DNA of 64,000 nucleotides, from the NCBI GenBank assembly GCA_900541795.1, contig UQLC01000010.1, forward strand, positions 4,669 to 68,668, given 5' to 3'. The first letter of the stretch is position 1. Every line of letters begins with the position of its first letter. This document shows positions 38,176 through 45,657 of the stretch, piece after piece. The translations under genes and the position numbers were made by a program. The DNA is from an uncultured Collinsella sp. GTDB lineage: Bacteria; Actinomycetota; Coriobacteriia; Coriobacteriales; Coriobacteriaceae. Below the pieces are notes generated by a model. That model saw only the letters and a program-made list of their open reading frames with translations. It searched no databases and had not been told where the DNA came from.

Positions 38176-39521
38176 CGGGCGCCGCCTTCCCCACCTGCAC
38201 CACGCGCGCTGACGAGGAACACGGGGTTTTGCGCCTTCATAAGATGGTGCGAGCCTACAGCCTCGGCGCGGGCGGCCGACACCTGGCACGCCTCGAACCC
38301 CTTAAAGCGCGAACCCGAGAGGAGCGCGCACGCCTCGGAGAGCGTCTCAACGGTGACGCATGGCACGCACAGGCGAACCTGCGAGTTCTTCTCGAGCGCC
38401 GCCTCCACGATGGAGGGAAGCTCGCCCGCGCTCCCGCCGACGAACACGGCGTCGGGGACGGGCAGTTTCGTGAGCGCTTCGGGGGCGACACCGGGGACCG
38501 CATGCACGTTGCCGCACCCGAATGCATCCGCGTTCTCTCGGATGAGCCGCACGCCGGCCGCGTTGCGCTCGACCGCCCATACCGACCCCGTTCGCGCGAC
38601 GAGCGCCGCCTCGATCGACACGCTCCCCGTGCCGGCTCCGACGTCCCACACGGTGTCGGTCGCGGTAAGGCGCAGCTTCGCGAGCGCGACGGCGCGCACC
38701 TCCTGCTTGGTCATGGGAACGTCGCCGCGGATGAAGAGCTCGTCGGGAATGCCCGAGGAAGCGTACGGCCAGCGGGAGCTCGCGGCGCGTGATGCGCCCG
38801 CAGAGTCTGCCGCGAAAGAAGCCGCCGCGGGCGATGACGCGCCAGCCGGCGCCTCGGAGGCTGCGCTAGAGCCCGCAGGCGACCCGGCGCCGCCTGCGAA
38901 CTCGATAAGCATCACGTTCAAGTCGTCGAACGTCTGACCTGCGATTTCACTTGCGGTCGCGCAGGTGATGCGCTCGTCGGGGTACGACAGGCGCTCGGCC
39001 ACCGTCACGCGCGCGTCCCCGAAGCCCGCCTGCACAAGCTCGCCCGAAAGCCGCGAGGGGTCTTCCCCGCCCGACGTGGCGAGGAAGAGCTCGCCTGAGC
39101 GCTCGGCCTCGGCCACGATGTCGCACGCCACGCCGTGAGCGCTCGCAAAGCGCCAATCCTGCCATGGACGCGCGAGGCACGCGGCGAGATACGACGCTGA
39201 GCTTATGCCGGGAATGATACGCACGTCCACCTGCGCGTCGCCGGAGAGCGCCTCCACCAGGCGGCGCGCGCCGCTGAACAGCCCCACATCGCCCGTCATC
39301 AAGACCACGGCGCGCAGCCACGACGCCGCATCGGTGAGCGCGGCGACGATGTCCGCCGTCTTAACGAGCTCGCATCTCACCACGTCGGGCGGCACGTCGA
39401 TGCCGACGAGCGCGCGATGAGCGCCGATGACCACGTCGGCGATGTCGATCGCGTCAAGCGCCGCGCGCGAGAGCAAGTCGGGGTTTCCGGGCCCCGCCCC
39501 GATGATCGTTACCTTTCGCAT
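38172..39521 (-). CDS. cbiET: cobalt-precorrin-6B/7 methyltransferase-decarboxylase, CbiE-CbiT fusion
   Basis: The N-terminal tetrapyrrole methylase domain begins MRKVTIIGAGPGNPDLL. A Ser/Ala-rich linker follows. The C-terminal CbiT domain has VWDVGAGTGSVSIEAA. Confidence 0.9.
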   Translation of the reverse strand: MRKVTIIGAGPGNPDLLSRAALDAIDIADVVIGAHRALVGIDVPPDVVRCELVKTADIVAALTDAASWLRAVVLMTGDVGLFSGARRLVEALSGDAQVDVRIIPGISSASYLAACLARPWQDWRFASAHGVACDIVAEAERSGELFLATSGGEDPSRLSGELVQAGFGDARVTVAERLSYPDERITCATASEIAGQTFDDLNVMLIEFAGGAGSPAGSSAASEAPAGASSPAAASFAADSAGASRAASSRWPYASSGIPDELFIRGDVPMTKQEVRAVALAKLRLTATDTVWDVGAGTGSVSIEAALVARTGSVWAVERNAAGVRLIRENADAFGCGNVHAVPGVAPEALTKLPVPDAVFVGGSAGELPSIVEAALEKNSQVRLCVPCVTVETLSEACALLSGSRFKGFEACQVSAARAEAVGSHHLMKAQNPVFLVSARGAGGEGGAR

Positions 39522-40255
39522 GGAATCTCCCGATACCCGCGCGGCGTGACCATACGGCCGCCTACGCGCTTCGTGTCCGCGTTGCCGACGAACACGGTGG
39601 TGAACATGTCGGCGTCGATCTCCCCCAGCTCGGAGAGCCTGCACATGCCCGACTGCTGCCCCTCGCGCCCGATGTTGCGTACCCAACCGCAGAGCGTGTC
39701 GGGGGCCTTCCATTCGAGCATAATCTTCGCCGCGCGCGAGAGCCTGTCGGCGCGCTTTCTGCTGCGCGGGTTGTACAAACAGATGCAGAAGTCGGCGCTC
39801 GCCACGGCGGCGAGCCTGCGCTCGATGACCTTCCACGGCGTGAGAAGGTCGGAGAGCGACACGACCGCGAAGTCGTGGGCAAGTGGGGCGCCGAGCACCG
39901 CCGACCCGCTCTGGGCCGCGGTGGCCCCGGCGATAACTTCCACGTCTACATCGGGGTAGTCCTCCGCAAGCTCCAGCACGGGGCTCGCCATGCCGTACAC
40001 GCCCGCGTCACCGCTGCACACGAGCGCCACGGCTTCTCCGCTCTGCGCGCGTGAAAGCGCCAGGCGGCACCGTTCGACCTCGTGCATCATCGGCGTCGCG
40101 AGATGCGCCGCGTCGGGCACGGCGGCGAGCGCGAGCTCCACGTATTTCGTGTACCCCACAACGATGTCGGCGGCCTCGAGCGCGCGCCGGGCCGCAATCG
40201 TCATGCCGTCGGGGCCGCCCGGGCCGATCCCCACCACGAAGAGCTTTCCCATCAC
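39509..40255 (-). CDS. cbiH: cobalt-factor III / precorrin-3B C17-methyltransferase
   Basis: 248 aa, KLFVVGIGPGGPDGMT, SGDAGVYGMA, LYNPRS. Confidence 0.9.
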   Translation of the reverse strand: MMGKLFVVGIGPGGPDGMTIAARRALEAADIVVGYTKYVELALAAVPDAAHLATPMMHEVERCRLALSRAQSGEAVALVCSGDAGVYGMASPVLELAEDYPDVDVEVIAGATAAQSGSAVLGAPLAHDFAVVSLSDLLTPWKVIERRLAAVASADFCICLYNPRSRKRADRLSRAAKIMLEWKAPDTLCGWVRNIGREGQQSGMCRLSELGEIDADMFTTVFVGNADTKRVGGRMVTPRGYREIPCER

Positions 40256-41385
40256 CGCTCCTTAAACGAAAGTTCGATAGTTACCTTGGAAAACGCGACG
40301 GTCACGCCGCCGTGAGCGAGCTTCGGTAAGATAAGTTTGCCCCCGTCCGCGAGCGCCGCGCGCTCGCACACGTTGTCGACCCCCACAGTCGCGCGCACGA
40401 AATCAGATGGCGAAACGCTGCCTTCGACCTGCGACAACTCCTCTGCGGAATACGTCGCGAGCGGGATATTGCGCGCGCGGCAGAAGGCGAGCAAACCCTC
40501 CTCGTGCGCCTTCACGTCGATCGTCGCCGCCTCGCGCACGGCCGAAGGCGAGATGCCCGCCTGCCCGCACGCGAGAAGAAACGCTTCCCCGATCGCTTCG
40601 GCGCACGCACCGCGACGGCACCCTATGCCCGCAACGATGCAGGGCACAACAAGGCGAAGCGGCTCGGGCGCAGGCGCCTGCGCCCGCACGCCCGCCGGCT
40701 TCCCCGTCTCAGTGGTGGGAACGACCTCGCCCTTTGTCTCCGCCGCGCGAACGGTCGCACCTGCATTCGCGCCGGCGAACGGCGACACGACGATATCGGC
40801 CCGAGCGCGGTCGGACGCAATGTCAACCCCCTCAGGCGGCTGTCCCGAAATCGGCATGTCGGAATAGAGCGCCACGCGCCCGCCAGAAAGCAGCCGCGCC
40901 GACACTCGCTTGATGGCCTCGGGATTCGAAACGGCGAGCCCCGCACAGCGTGCCCACGTATCCACCGCCCACACGCCGCGGACGTCGGTCGCCGTGGTAA
41001 TGACGGGGATGGCCCCTGCCGCGCGTGCCACAGTTTGCGCAAGCTCGTTCGCACCGCCCAAATGCCCCGACAAAAGCGGGACGGCAAAGCGCCCCACCTC
41101 GTCGATCGCCACAACCGCGGGATCGTTTGCCTTCGAGGCGACATGCGGCGCGATCGCCCGCACGGCGATGCCCGCCGCGCCCACGAACAGAAGCGCGTCC
41201 GACGCTTCCCACGCGAGCGCCGTCCATGCGCGCAGGTCGGCCTTCCCCTCGCCGAACCCGCGCGAAACGGAAACGTCCCAGCCAGGGTCACCTTCACCTG
41301 ACTGCGCACAATCGGAAAGCGCGCGTGCGGTGCGCTCCGCCAACGCATACCCCCTCTCAGTGAACGCTATGCAGGAAACCCTCAT
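40252..41385 (-). CDS. cbiG: cobalt-precorrin-5A hydrolase
   Basis: 377 aa with CbiG N-terminal, middle and C-terminal segments: FVGAAGIAVRAIAPH, PLLSGHLGGANE, GIGCRRG, VDNVCERAAL. Confidence 0.85.
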   Translation of the reverse strand: MRVSCIAFTERGYALAERTARALSDCAQSGEGDPGWDVSVSRGFGEGKADLRAWTALAWEASDALLFVGAAGIAVRAIAPHVASKANDPAVVAIDEVGRFAVPLLSGHLGGANELAQTVARAAGAIPVITTATDVRGVWAVDTWARCAGLAVSNPEAIKRVSARLLSGGRVALYSDMPISGQPPEGVDIASDRARADIVVSPFAGANAGATVRAAETKGEVVPTTETGKPAGVRAQAPAPEPLRLVVPCIVAGIGCRRGACAEAIGEAFLLACGQAGISPSAVREAATIDVKAHEEGLLAFCRARNIPLATYSAEELSQVEGSVSPSDFVRATVGVDNVCERAALADGGKLILPKLAHGGVTVAFSKVTIELSFKER

Positions 41386-41619
41386 CTAGCGCACCACCAT
41401 CGTCGAGAAGTAGCTGCCCCGATCGGGCACATCGTCAAGCGAGCGGTACACGCGCTCGCCCGGAAGCCCACAGTCCTCTACAAGCTCGGCACCGTCGAAG
41501 GCGCCCTCCTCGCAAAGAAAGCGCTTCGTGTCCGCAAGCGAGCGGCGCGCCTTCATGACCACCTTCGTCCCCGGCCAGCCGATTGCGCGGCCCACCCCAT
41601 ACAGAACGCCTTTACTCAT
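41386..41619 (-). pseudogene. cbiL: remnant of the cobalt-factor II C20-methyltransferase gene (cbiL) with a large in-frame internal deletion
   Basis: 77 codons. MSKGVLYGVG... resembles a tetrapyrrole-methylase N-terminus. ...GLPGERVYRSLDDVPDRGSYFSTMVVR resembles the family's C-terminus. Only 227 nt separate cbiD from cbiG, so a full-length gene of about 230 aa cannot fit. Confidence 0.6.
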
Positions 41620-42796
41620 ACGTCGCCCCCAATTCCCCGATAACTGCATCGGCGCCCGACGTGCGGAAAATCTCGCGGCGCTCGGCGTCGAACACGACCG
41701 CGGCGATGTCGCATGCGCCCGCCGCGCGGCGGCGCAACCTGTCCTCGATTGCCGCAGCGAGCGAGGCGCGCGCAGCGTCCCCCACGCCGGCGGCCTCGAT
41801 TACCTCGAGCGCCGCCGTGGTCGTGACCGACGACATGATCTCGCGCACGGTCTTCGCGCCCGCGCCAGCCAAGGCCGCGTGAGCGGCCAGAATCTCCGCG
41901 CGGCAGTCGGCGGTACGCGAATGGGTGTCCATGATGCCGCCAGCGACCTTCACCAGCTTGCCGATGTGTCCCACAAGAAGGACATTGGTGAATCCCTCGC
42001 GAACGCAGCAATCAATCGCATCGCCCACAAAGTTGGAGATGAAGACCACCGGCGCACCGTTTAGGTGGAAATGCCCCGAGATGAACTGCCCGCCGTAGTT
42101 GCCGGGCGTGAGCACGACTCCGCGCCGCCCCATAGCCGCATGCTGCCGGATCTCGAGCTCGATGCTGTCGCGCAAGGCAGCGAGGCTGCGCGGCTCGACG
42201 ATGCCCGTCGTGCCCAGGATGGAGATGCCGCCCTCTATCCCCAGGTGCGGGTTGAAGGTCTTTTCGGCAAGGGCCACACCCTCGGGTACCGAAATCGTCA
42301 CAGCAATATTTCCAGAAAAGCCGTGCGCGGCGCACACCTCACGCACCGCCGAAGTAATCATCGCGCGCGGCGTCGCGTTGATGGCGGCCGCCCCCACCGG
42401 CTGCTCGAGCCCGGGCAACGTCACGCGCCCCACGCCCACGCCGCCATCGACAGAAACTTCCGATTCGTGCGCGGGCACGTCCTTGCTGCCCGCAGTACCC
42501 GTGCCCGACCCCGCATGTTCCACGCGCGCGTACACGAGCACGCCGTCGGTCACATCGGCATCGTCGCCTGCGTCCTTTCGCACGGCGCACTGGGCGCACC
42601 CCTCGCCGATGCATGCGTCGACCACGTTCGCCTCGACGGGCAGCCCGCCGGGGGTGACGATCGACACGCGGCCGACGGGCTTTCGTGACAAGAGCATCTC
42701 GCAGGCCGCCTTCGCCGCGAGCGCGGCACAGCTCCCCGTGGTGTAGCCACAGCGCAGGCGGGTCGTCCCGGTATATATGTAGTGCTCGAAGGCCAC
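41612..42796 (-). CDS. cbiD: cobalt-precorrin-5B (C1)-methyltransferase
   Basis: 394 aa from GTG 42796, LRCGYTTGSCAAL, GGVGVGRVT, GIEGGISILGTTGIVEP. Confidence 0.9.
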   Translation of the reverse strand: MAFEHYIYTGTTRLRCGYTTGSCAALAAKAACEMLLSRKPVGRVSIVTPGGLPVEANVVDACIGEGCAQCAVRKDAGDDADVTDGVLVYARVEHAGSGTGTAGSKDVPAHESEVSVDGGVGVGRVTLPGLEQPVGAAAINATPRAMITSAVREVCAAHGFSGNIAVTISVPEGVALAEKTFNPHLGIEGGISILGTTGIVEPRSLAALRDSIELEIRQHAAMGRRGVVLTPGNYGGQFISGHFHLNGAPVVFISNFVGDAIDCCVREGFTNVLLVGHIGKLVKVAGGIMDTHSRTADCRAEILAAHAALAGAGAKTVREIMSSVTTTAALEVIEAAGVGDAARASLAAAIEDRLRRRAAGACDIAAVVFDAERREIFRTSGADAVIGELGATYE

Positions 42797-42797
42797 G

Positions 42798-43589
42798 CTA
42801 GCTGCTCGCCTTCCGATACCCCGTGGCAAACGAAGGGTCGTAAAGCTTGCTACGCTCGTACGACTCCGCTTGCGCGCCGTCGTACGCAAGTCCGCCGCGA
42901 GCTCCGAGCACGCGGCCCACCACCACGAGCGCCGTGCGGTCGATGCCCTCTCGCGCGCCCGCATCGGCGAGCGTGCCCACTGTGCAGCGCACCACGCGCT
43001 CCTCAGGCCAGGTCGCCTTGTACACGAGCGCCGCCGGCTCATCGGAGCTGCGGCCCGCGGCCAAAAGCTCGGCGGAAAGCTCGGCGAGCATACCCGAGCT
43101 CAGGAAGATGACCATAGTCGAGCCGCTTTCCGCCATGGCGCGCATGCCCTCGCCCGCGGGCATGGGGGTGCGTCCGGAAAGCCGCGTGATTACGACCGAC
43201 TGGCTGATTCCCGGCAGCGTGTATTCCTGGCGAAGCGCCGCCGCGGCACCGCAAAAGCTCGACACGCCGGGCACCACCTCGTAGTCCACGCCGCGCGCGT
43301 CGAGCGCGTCCATCTGCTCCTGGATGGCGCCGTACAGGCACGGGTCGCCCGTGTGCAGGCGCACCACTTCCTCGCCCCGCGCATCTGCCGCGCACATCAC
43401 GTCGAGCACTTCCTCCAAGGTCATGTGCGCGCTGTCGTAGACGACGCAGGATTCCTTGCACTCGGCGAGCAGCTCGGGGTTCACAAGGCTCCCCGCCCAA
43501 ACGACCACGTCGGCCGCGCGCAGAAGGCGCGCCCCGCGCAGCGTGATAAGGTCGGCGGCGCCCGAGCCAGCGCCAACGATATGAATCAT
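42798..43589 (-). CDS. cbiF: cobalt-precorrin-4 C11-methyltransferase
   Basis: 263 aa from ATG 43589, MIHIVGAGSGAADLITLRG, LHTGDPCLYGA, VPGVSSF. This is the first gene of the minus-strand operon. Confidence 0.9.
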   Translation of the reverse strand: MIHIVGAGSGAADLITLRGARLLRAADVVVWAGSLVNPELLAECKESCVVYDSAHMTLEEVLDVMCAADARGEEVVRLHTGDPCLYGAIQEQMDALDARGVDYEVVPGVSSFCGAAAALRQEYTLPGISQSVVITRLSGRTPMPAGEGMRAMAESGSTMVIFLSSGMLAELSAELLAAGRSSDEPAALVYKATWPEERVVRCTVGTLADAGAREGIDRTALVVVGRVLGARGGLAYDGAQAESYERSKLYDPSFATGYRKASS

Positions 43590-43819
43590 CCGAGCCTTCC
43601 CTTCCCGTTTCTCATCGCAACCGTTGACGCCGCCATTCGCGCAGCGGACAAAACACGGCGCCTGCGGCGGCAATCGGCGCAAATACGCAGGCAGGAGGCG
43701 CAATGCCGCCCGCCCTGGCTTTGACACGTTCACAAGTGCCCACTATCATAGTAAAAGTTTCGGCAACGAGCATATGACAATCGGATAAAAGGAAATGACC
43801 GGCGCGGCGCCCGCACAGC

Positions 43820-43930
43820 CCGCGCTGGCTTGCGGAGGGAACCAGGTGGGAATCCTGGGCAAGGGACATTACTGTGTAGGACGCGCAGGCGAACCGCCTC
43901 GCGCCCCAAGCCAGACTGCTTCGCCTTTTC
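43820..43930 (+). promoter_or_regulatory. candidate cobalamin riboswitch upstream of the cbiK / corrinoid-uptake operon
   Basis: gAGGGAAccaGGTGggAATCCtggGCaagggacattACTGTgtagg ... ccAAGCCAGActGC. This matches the conserved AGGGAA / GGTG.(A)AATCC..GC / ACTGT / B12-box-like AGCCAG blocks in the right order. ctggcttg (43825-43832) can pair with caagccag (43907-43914). The B12 box is shorter than the consensus. Confidence 0.55.
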
Positions 43931-44047
43931 CTCACGGCATCGCCGTGGCGTTAGCTCCTTGTGAACCCCGAGGGGCGCGCTTTTCTTTCGCTTGTGCCGA
44001 CAAGCAACTGTCGCCGGGGGACCGGCAAACCGAGGAAAGGAAAAACC

Positions 44048-44974
44048 ATGTCCGACCAGATGTCACGCCGCGGCTTCATGGGCGCCGCAGCAACCGGAGC
44101 ATTCGCGCTCGCCGGAGTCGCGCTCGCGGGCTGCTCCAGCACCTCCGCGAGTTCCGAGAAATCGAGTGAAAAGGAGAAGGCCGTGAAGCCGGTCATCCTC
44201 GTCACGAGCTTCGGCACGAGCTACAACGACTCGCGCCACATCACCATCGGCGCCATCGAAGACGCTATCCGCGAGAAGTACTGGCAGGACTACGACATCC
44301 GCCGCGCCTTCACCGCGCAGATCATCATCGACAAGCTGAAGAAGCGCGACGGCATCACGATCGACAATATGACCGAGGCGCTCGACCGCTGCGTGGAAGA
44401 CGGCGTGAAGGAAATTGTCGTGCAGCCGACGCATCTCATGGCTGGCCTGGAATACGCCGACGTGAAAGACGAGCTCGACAAGTACGCCGACAAGTTCGAC
44501 AAGATCTCGCTCGGCGACCCGCTGCTCACCTCCGACGACGACTACAAGAAGGTGGCCGCAGCCATTAATGAGAACATGGCGTCCTTCGACGACGGCAAGA
44601 CGGCGCTGTGCCTCATGGGCCACGGCACCGAAGCCGATTCCAACGCCGACTATGCCAAGATGCAGGAAGTGTTCCAGAACGAGGGCTTGACGCAGTTCTT
44701 CGTCGGCACCGTCGAGGCTGAGCCGACCTGCGAGGATGTTATCGCCGCCGCGAGCGCCGCAGGGTACAAGAAGGCCGTGCTCGCGCCGTTCATGGTGGTC
44801 GCGGGCGACCACGCGAACAACGACATGGCAGACGAGACCGACCCCGACAGCTGGGCTGCGAAGTTCGTGGCCGCTGGCTTCGAAGTGACGTGCCTGCTCC
44901 AGGGTCTGGGACAGAACGCCGCGGTCGACGACATCTACGTCTCGCACGTGGACGACGCCATCGCCAAGCTGTAA
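44048..44974 (+). CDS. cbiK: sirohydrochlorin cobaltochelatase CbiK homolog carrying a Tat signal and lipobox (predicted exported lipoprotein)
   Basis: MSDQMSRRGFMGAAATGAFALAGVALAGCSS contains a twin-arginine motif and the lipobox LAGC. The full CbiK fold follows: VTSFGTSY, RRAFT, LMGHGTE, PFMVVAGDHANNDMA, DSWAAKF, GLGQN. RBS aggaaagga lies upstream. Confidence 0.85.
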   Translation: MSDQMSRRGFMGAAATGAFALAGVALAGCSSTSASSEKSSEKEKAVKPVILVTSFGTSYNDSRHITIGAIEDAIREKYWQDYDIRRAFTAQIIIDKLKKRDGITIDNMTEALDRCVEDGVKEIVVQPTHLMAGLEYADVKDELDKYADKFDKISLGDPLLTSDDDYKKVAAAINENMASFDDGKTALCLMGHGTEADSNADYAKMQEVFQNEGLTQFFVGTVEAEPTCEDVIAAASAAGYKKAVLAPFMVVAGDHANNDMADETDPDSWAAKFVAAGFEVTCLLQGLGQNAAVDDIYVSHVDDAIAKL

Positions 44975-44983
44975 ACTCGCCGC

Positions 44984-45054
44984 GCACGGGGGCGCCGGTC
45001 GCGTCCCCGTGCAACGGGCATGCGCCTTCCCCGACCGACGGCGCATGCCCGTTG
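44984..45054 (+). other. two adjacent GC-rich hairpins between cbiK and the next gene
   Basis: gcacgggg...ccccgtgc (44984-45012) and caacgggcatgcgcc / 13-nt loop / ggcgcatgcccgttg (45012-45054, 15-bp stem). There is no T-run. Confidence 0.3.
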
Positions 45055-45119
45055 CATTCGCATCCCGCCCGCCCACCGCACGGCGCGGGCGGTCGAAGCG
45101 ATTGAAAGGAACCCCCTCC

Positions 45120-45653
45120 ATGTTGAAGAAAACCCTCGCCTTCGCCCTGTCAGCGGCGCTTTTTGCGTTCTCGCTCGCCGGCTGCGGCGGAAATTCAATC
45201 GACAGCGCAAAGGCAAGCGATGCCGATTCCCAGGAAAAGACCGAACAGGCGGCCGATGCGCCCGAGGGCGCAAGCGCTGCCCCCATCACCGCCGACAAGG
45301 TGGCCGACGGCACCTATCCGATCACCGTAGATTCCAGCTCGAACATGTTCAGGATTGTGGACGCCCAGCTCATCGTGGAAAACGGCTCCATGCACTGCGT
45401 GATGACACTTTCCGGCACGGGCTACGGCAAGCTCTTCATGGGCACGGGTGACGAGGCTGCCACCGCGAGCGAGGCCGACTTCATCCCCTATGTGGAAAAC
45501 GCGGAAGGCAAGTACACCTACGACGTGCCCGTTGAAGCGCTCGACGAGGACACCGCCTGCGCCGCGTGGAGTATTAGAAAAGAGCAGTGGTACGACCGCA
45601 CGCTCGTGTTCGAATCCGCCGGCGTCGATCTGCGCGCCGACGCACTGAAGTAA
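45120..45653 (+). CDS. lipoprotein of unknown function (candidate extracellular ligand-capture protein)
   Basis: MLKKTLAFALSAALFAFSLAGCGG is a signal peptide with a lipobox. The mature part of about 150 aa looks beta-rich and contains YPITVDSSSNMFRIVDAQLIVENGSMHCVMTLSG. Confidence 0.7.
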   Translation: MLKKTLAFALSAALFAFSLAGCGGNSIDSAKASDADSQEKTEQAADAPEGASAAPITADKVADGTYPITVDSSSNMFRIVDAQLIVENGSMHCVMTLSGTGYGKLFMGTGDEAATASEADFIPYVENAEGKYTYDVPVEALDEDTACAAWSIRKEQWYDRTLVFESAGVDLRADALK

Positions 45654-45657
45654 CGCC

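Noticed and set aside
27571-43733. Dozens of long ORFs (up to 554 aa) in alternative frames and on the plus strand across the B12 block. Examples are 27571-28449, 28983-29981, 30230-31090, 33504-34520, 35862-36908, 36643-37788, 38020-38937 and 42870-43724.
   Set aside because: Their translations are Arg/Ala/Gly/Pro-rich with no recognisable motifs. They overlap, out of frame or antisense, genes with clear cobalamin-enzyme signatures. Stop-codon scarcity in DNA of about 68-70% GC explains them.
43590-43800. A possible cobalamin riboswitch on the minus strand in front of cbiF.
   Set aside because: Only a partial B12-box-like AAGCCAGGG and a weak hairpin with a U-tract are present. The AGGGAA / GGTG..AATCC / ACTG core blocks are absent. 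It is kept as an open question in the findings rather than listed as a feature.
43961-44047. A GTG-initiated 29-codon N-terminal extension of cbiK in the ORF track.
   Set aside because: It would place a basic junk peptide ahead of the Tat signal and would overlap the riboswitch expression platform. ATG 44048 has a good RBS (aggaaagga) and starts directly with the Tat/lipobox signal.
45009-45119. A 37-codon N-terminal extension of the lipoprotein ORF.
   Set aside because: The extension runs through the two GC-rich intergenic hairpins. ATG 45120 begins a canonical lipoprotein signal peptide.
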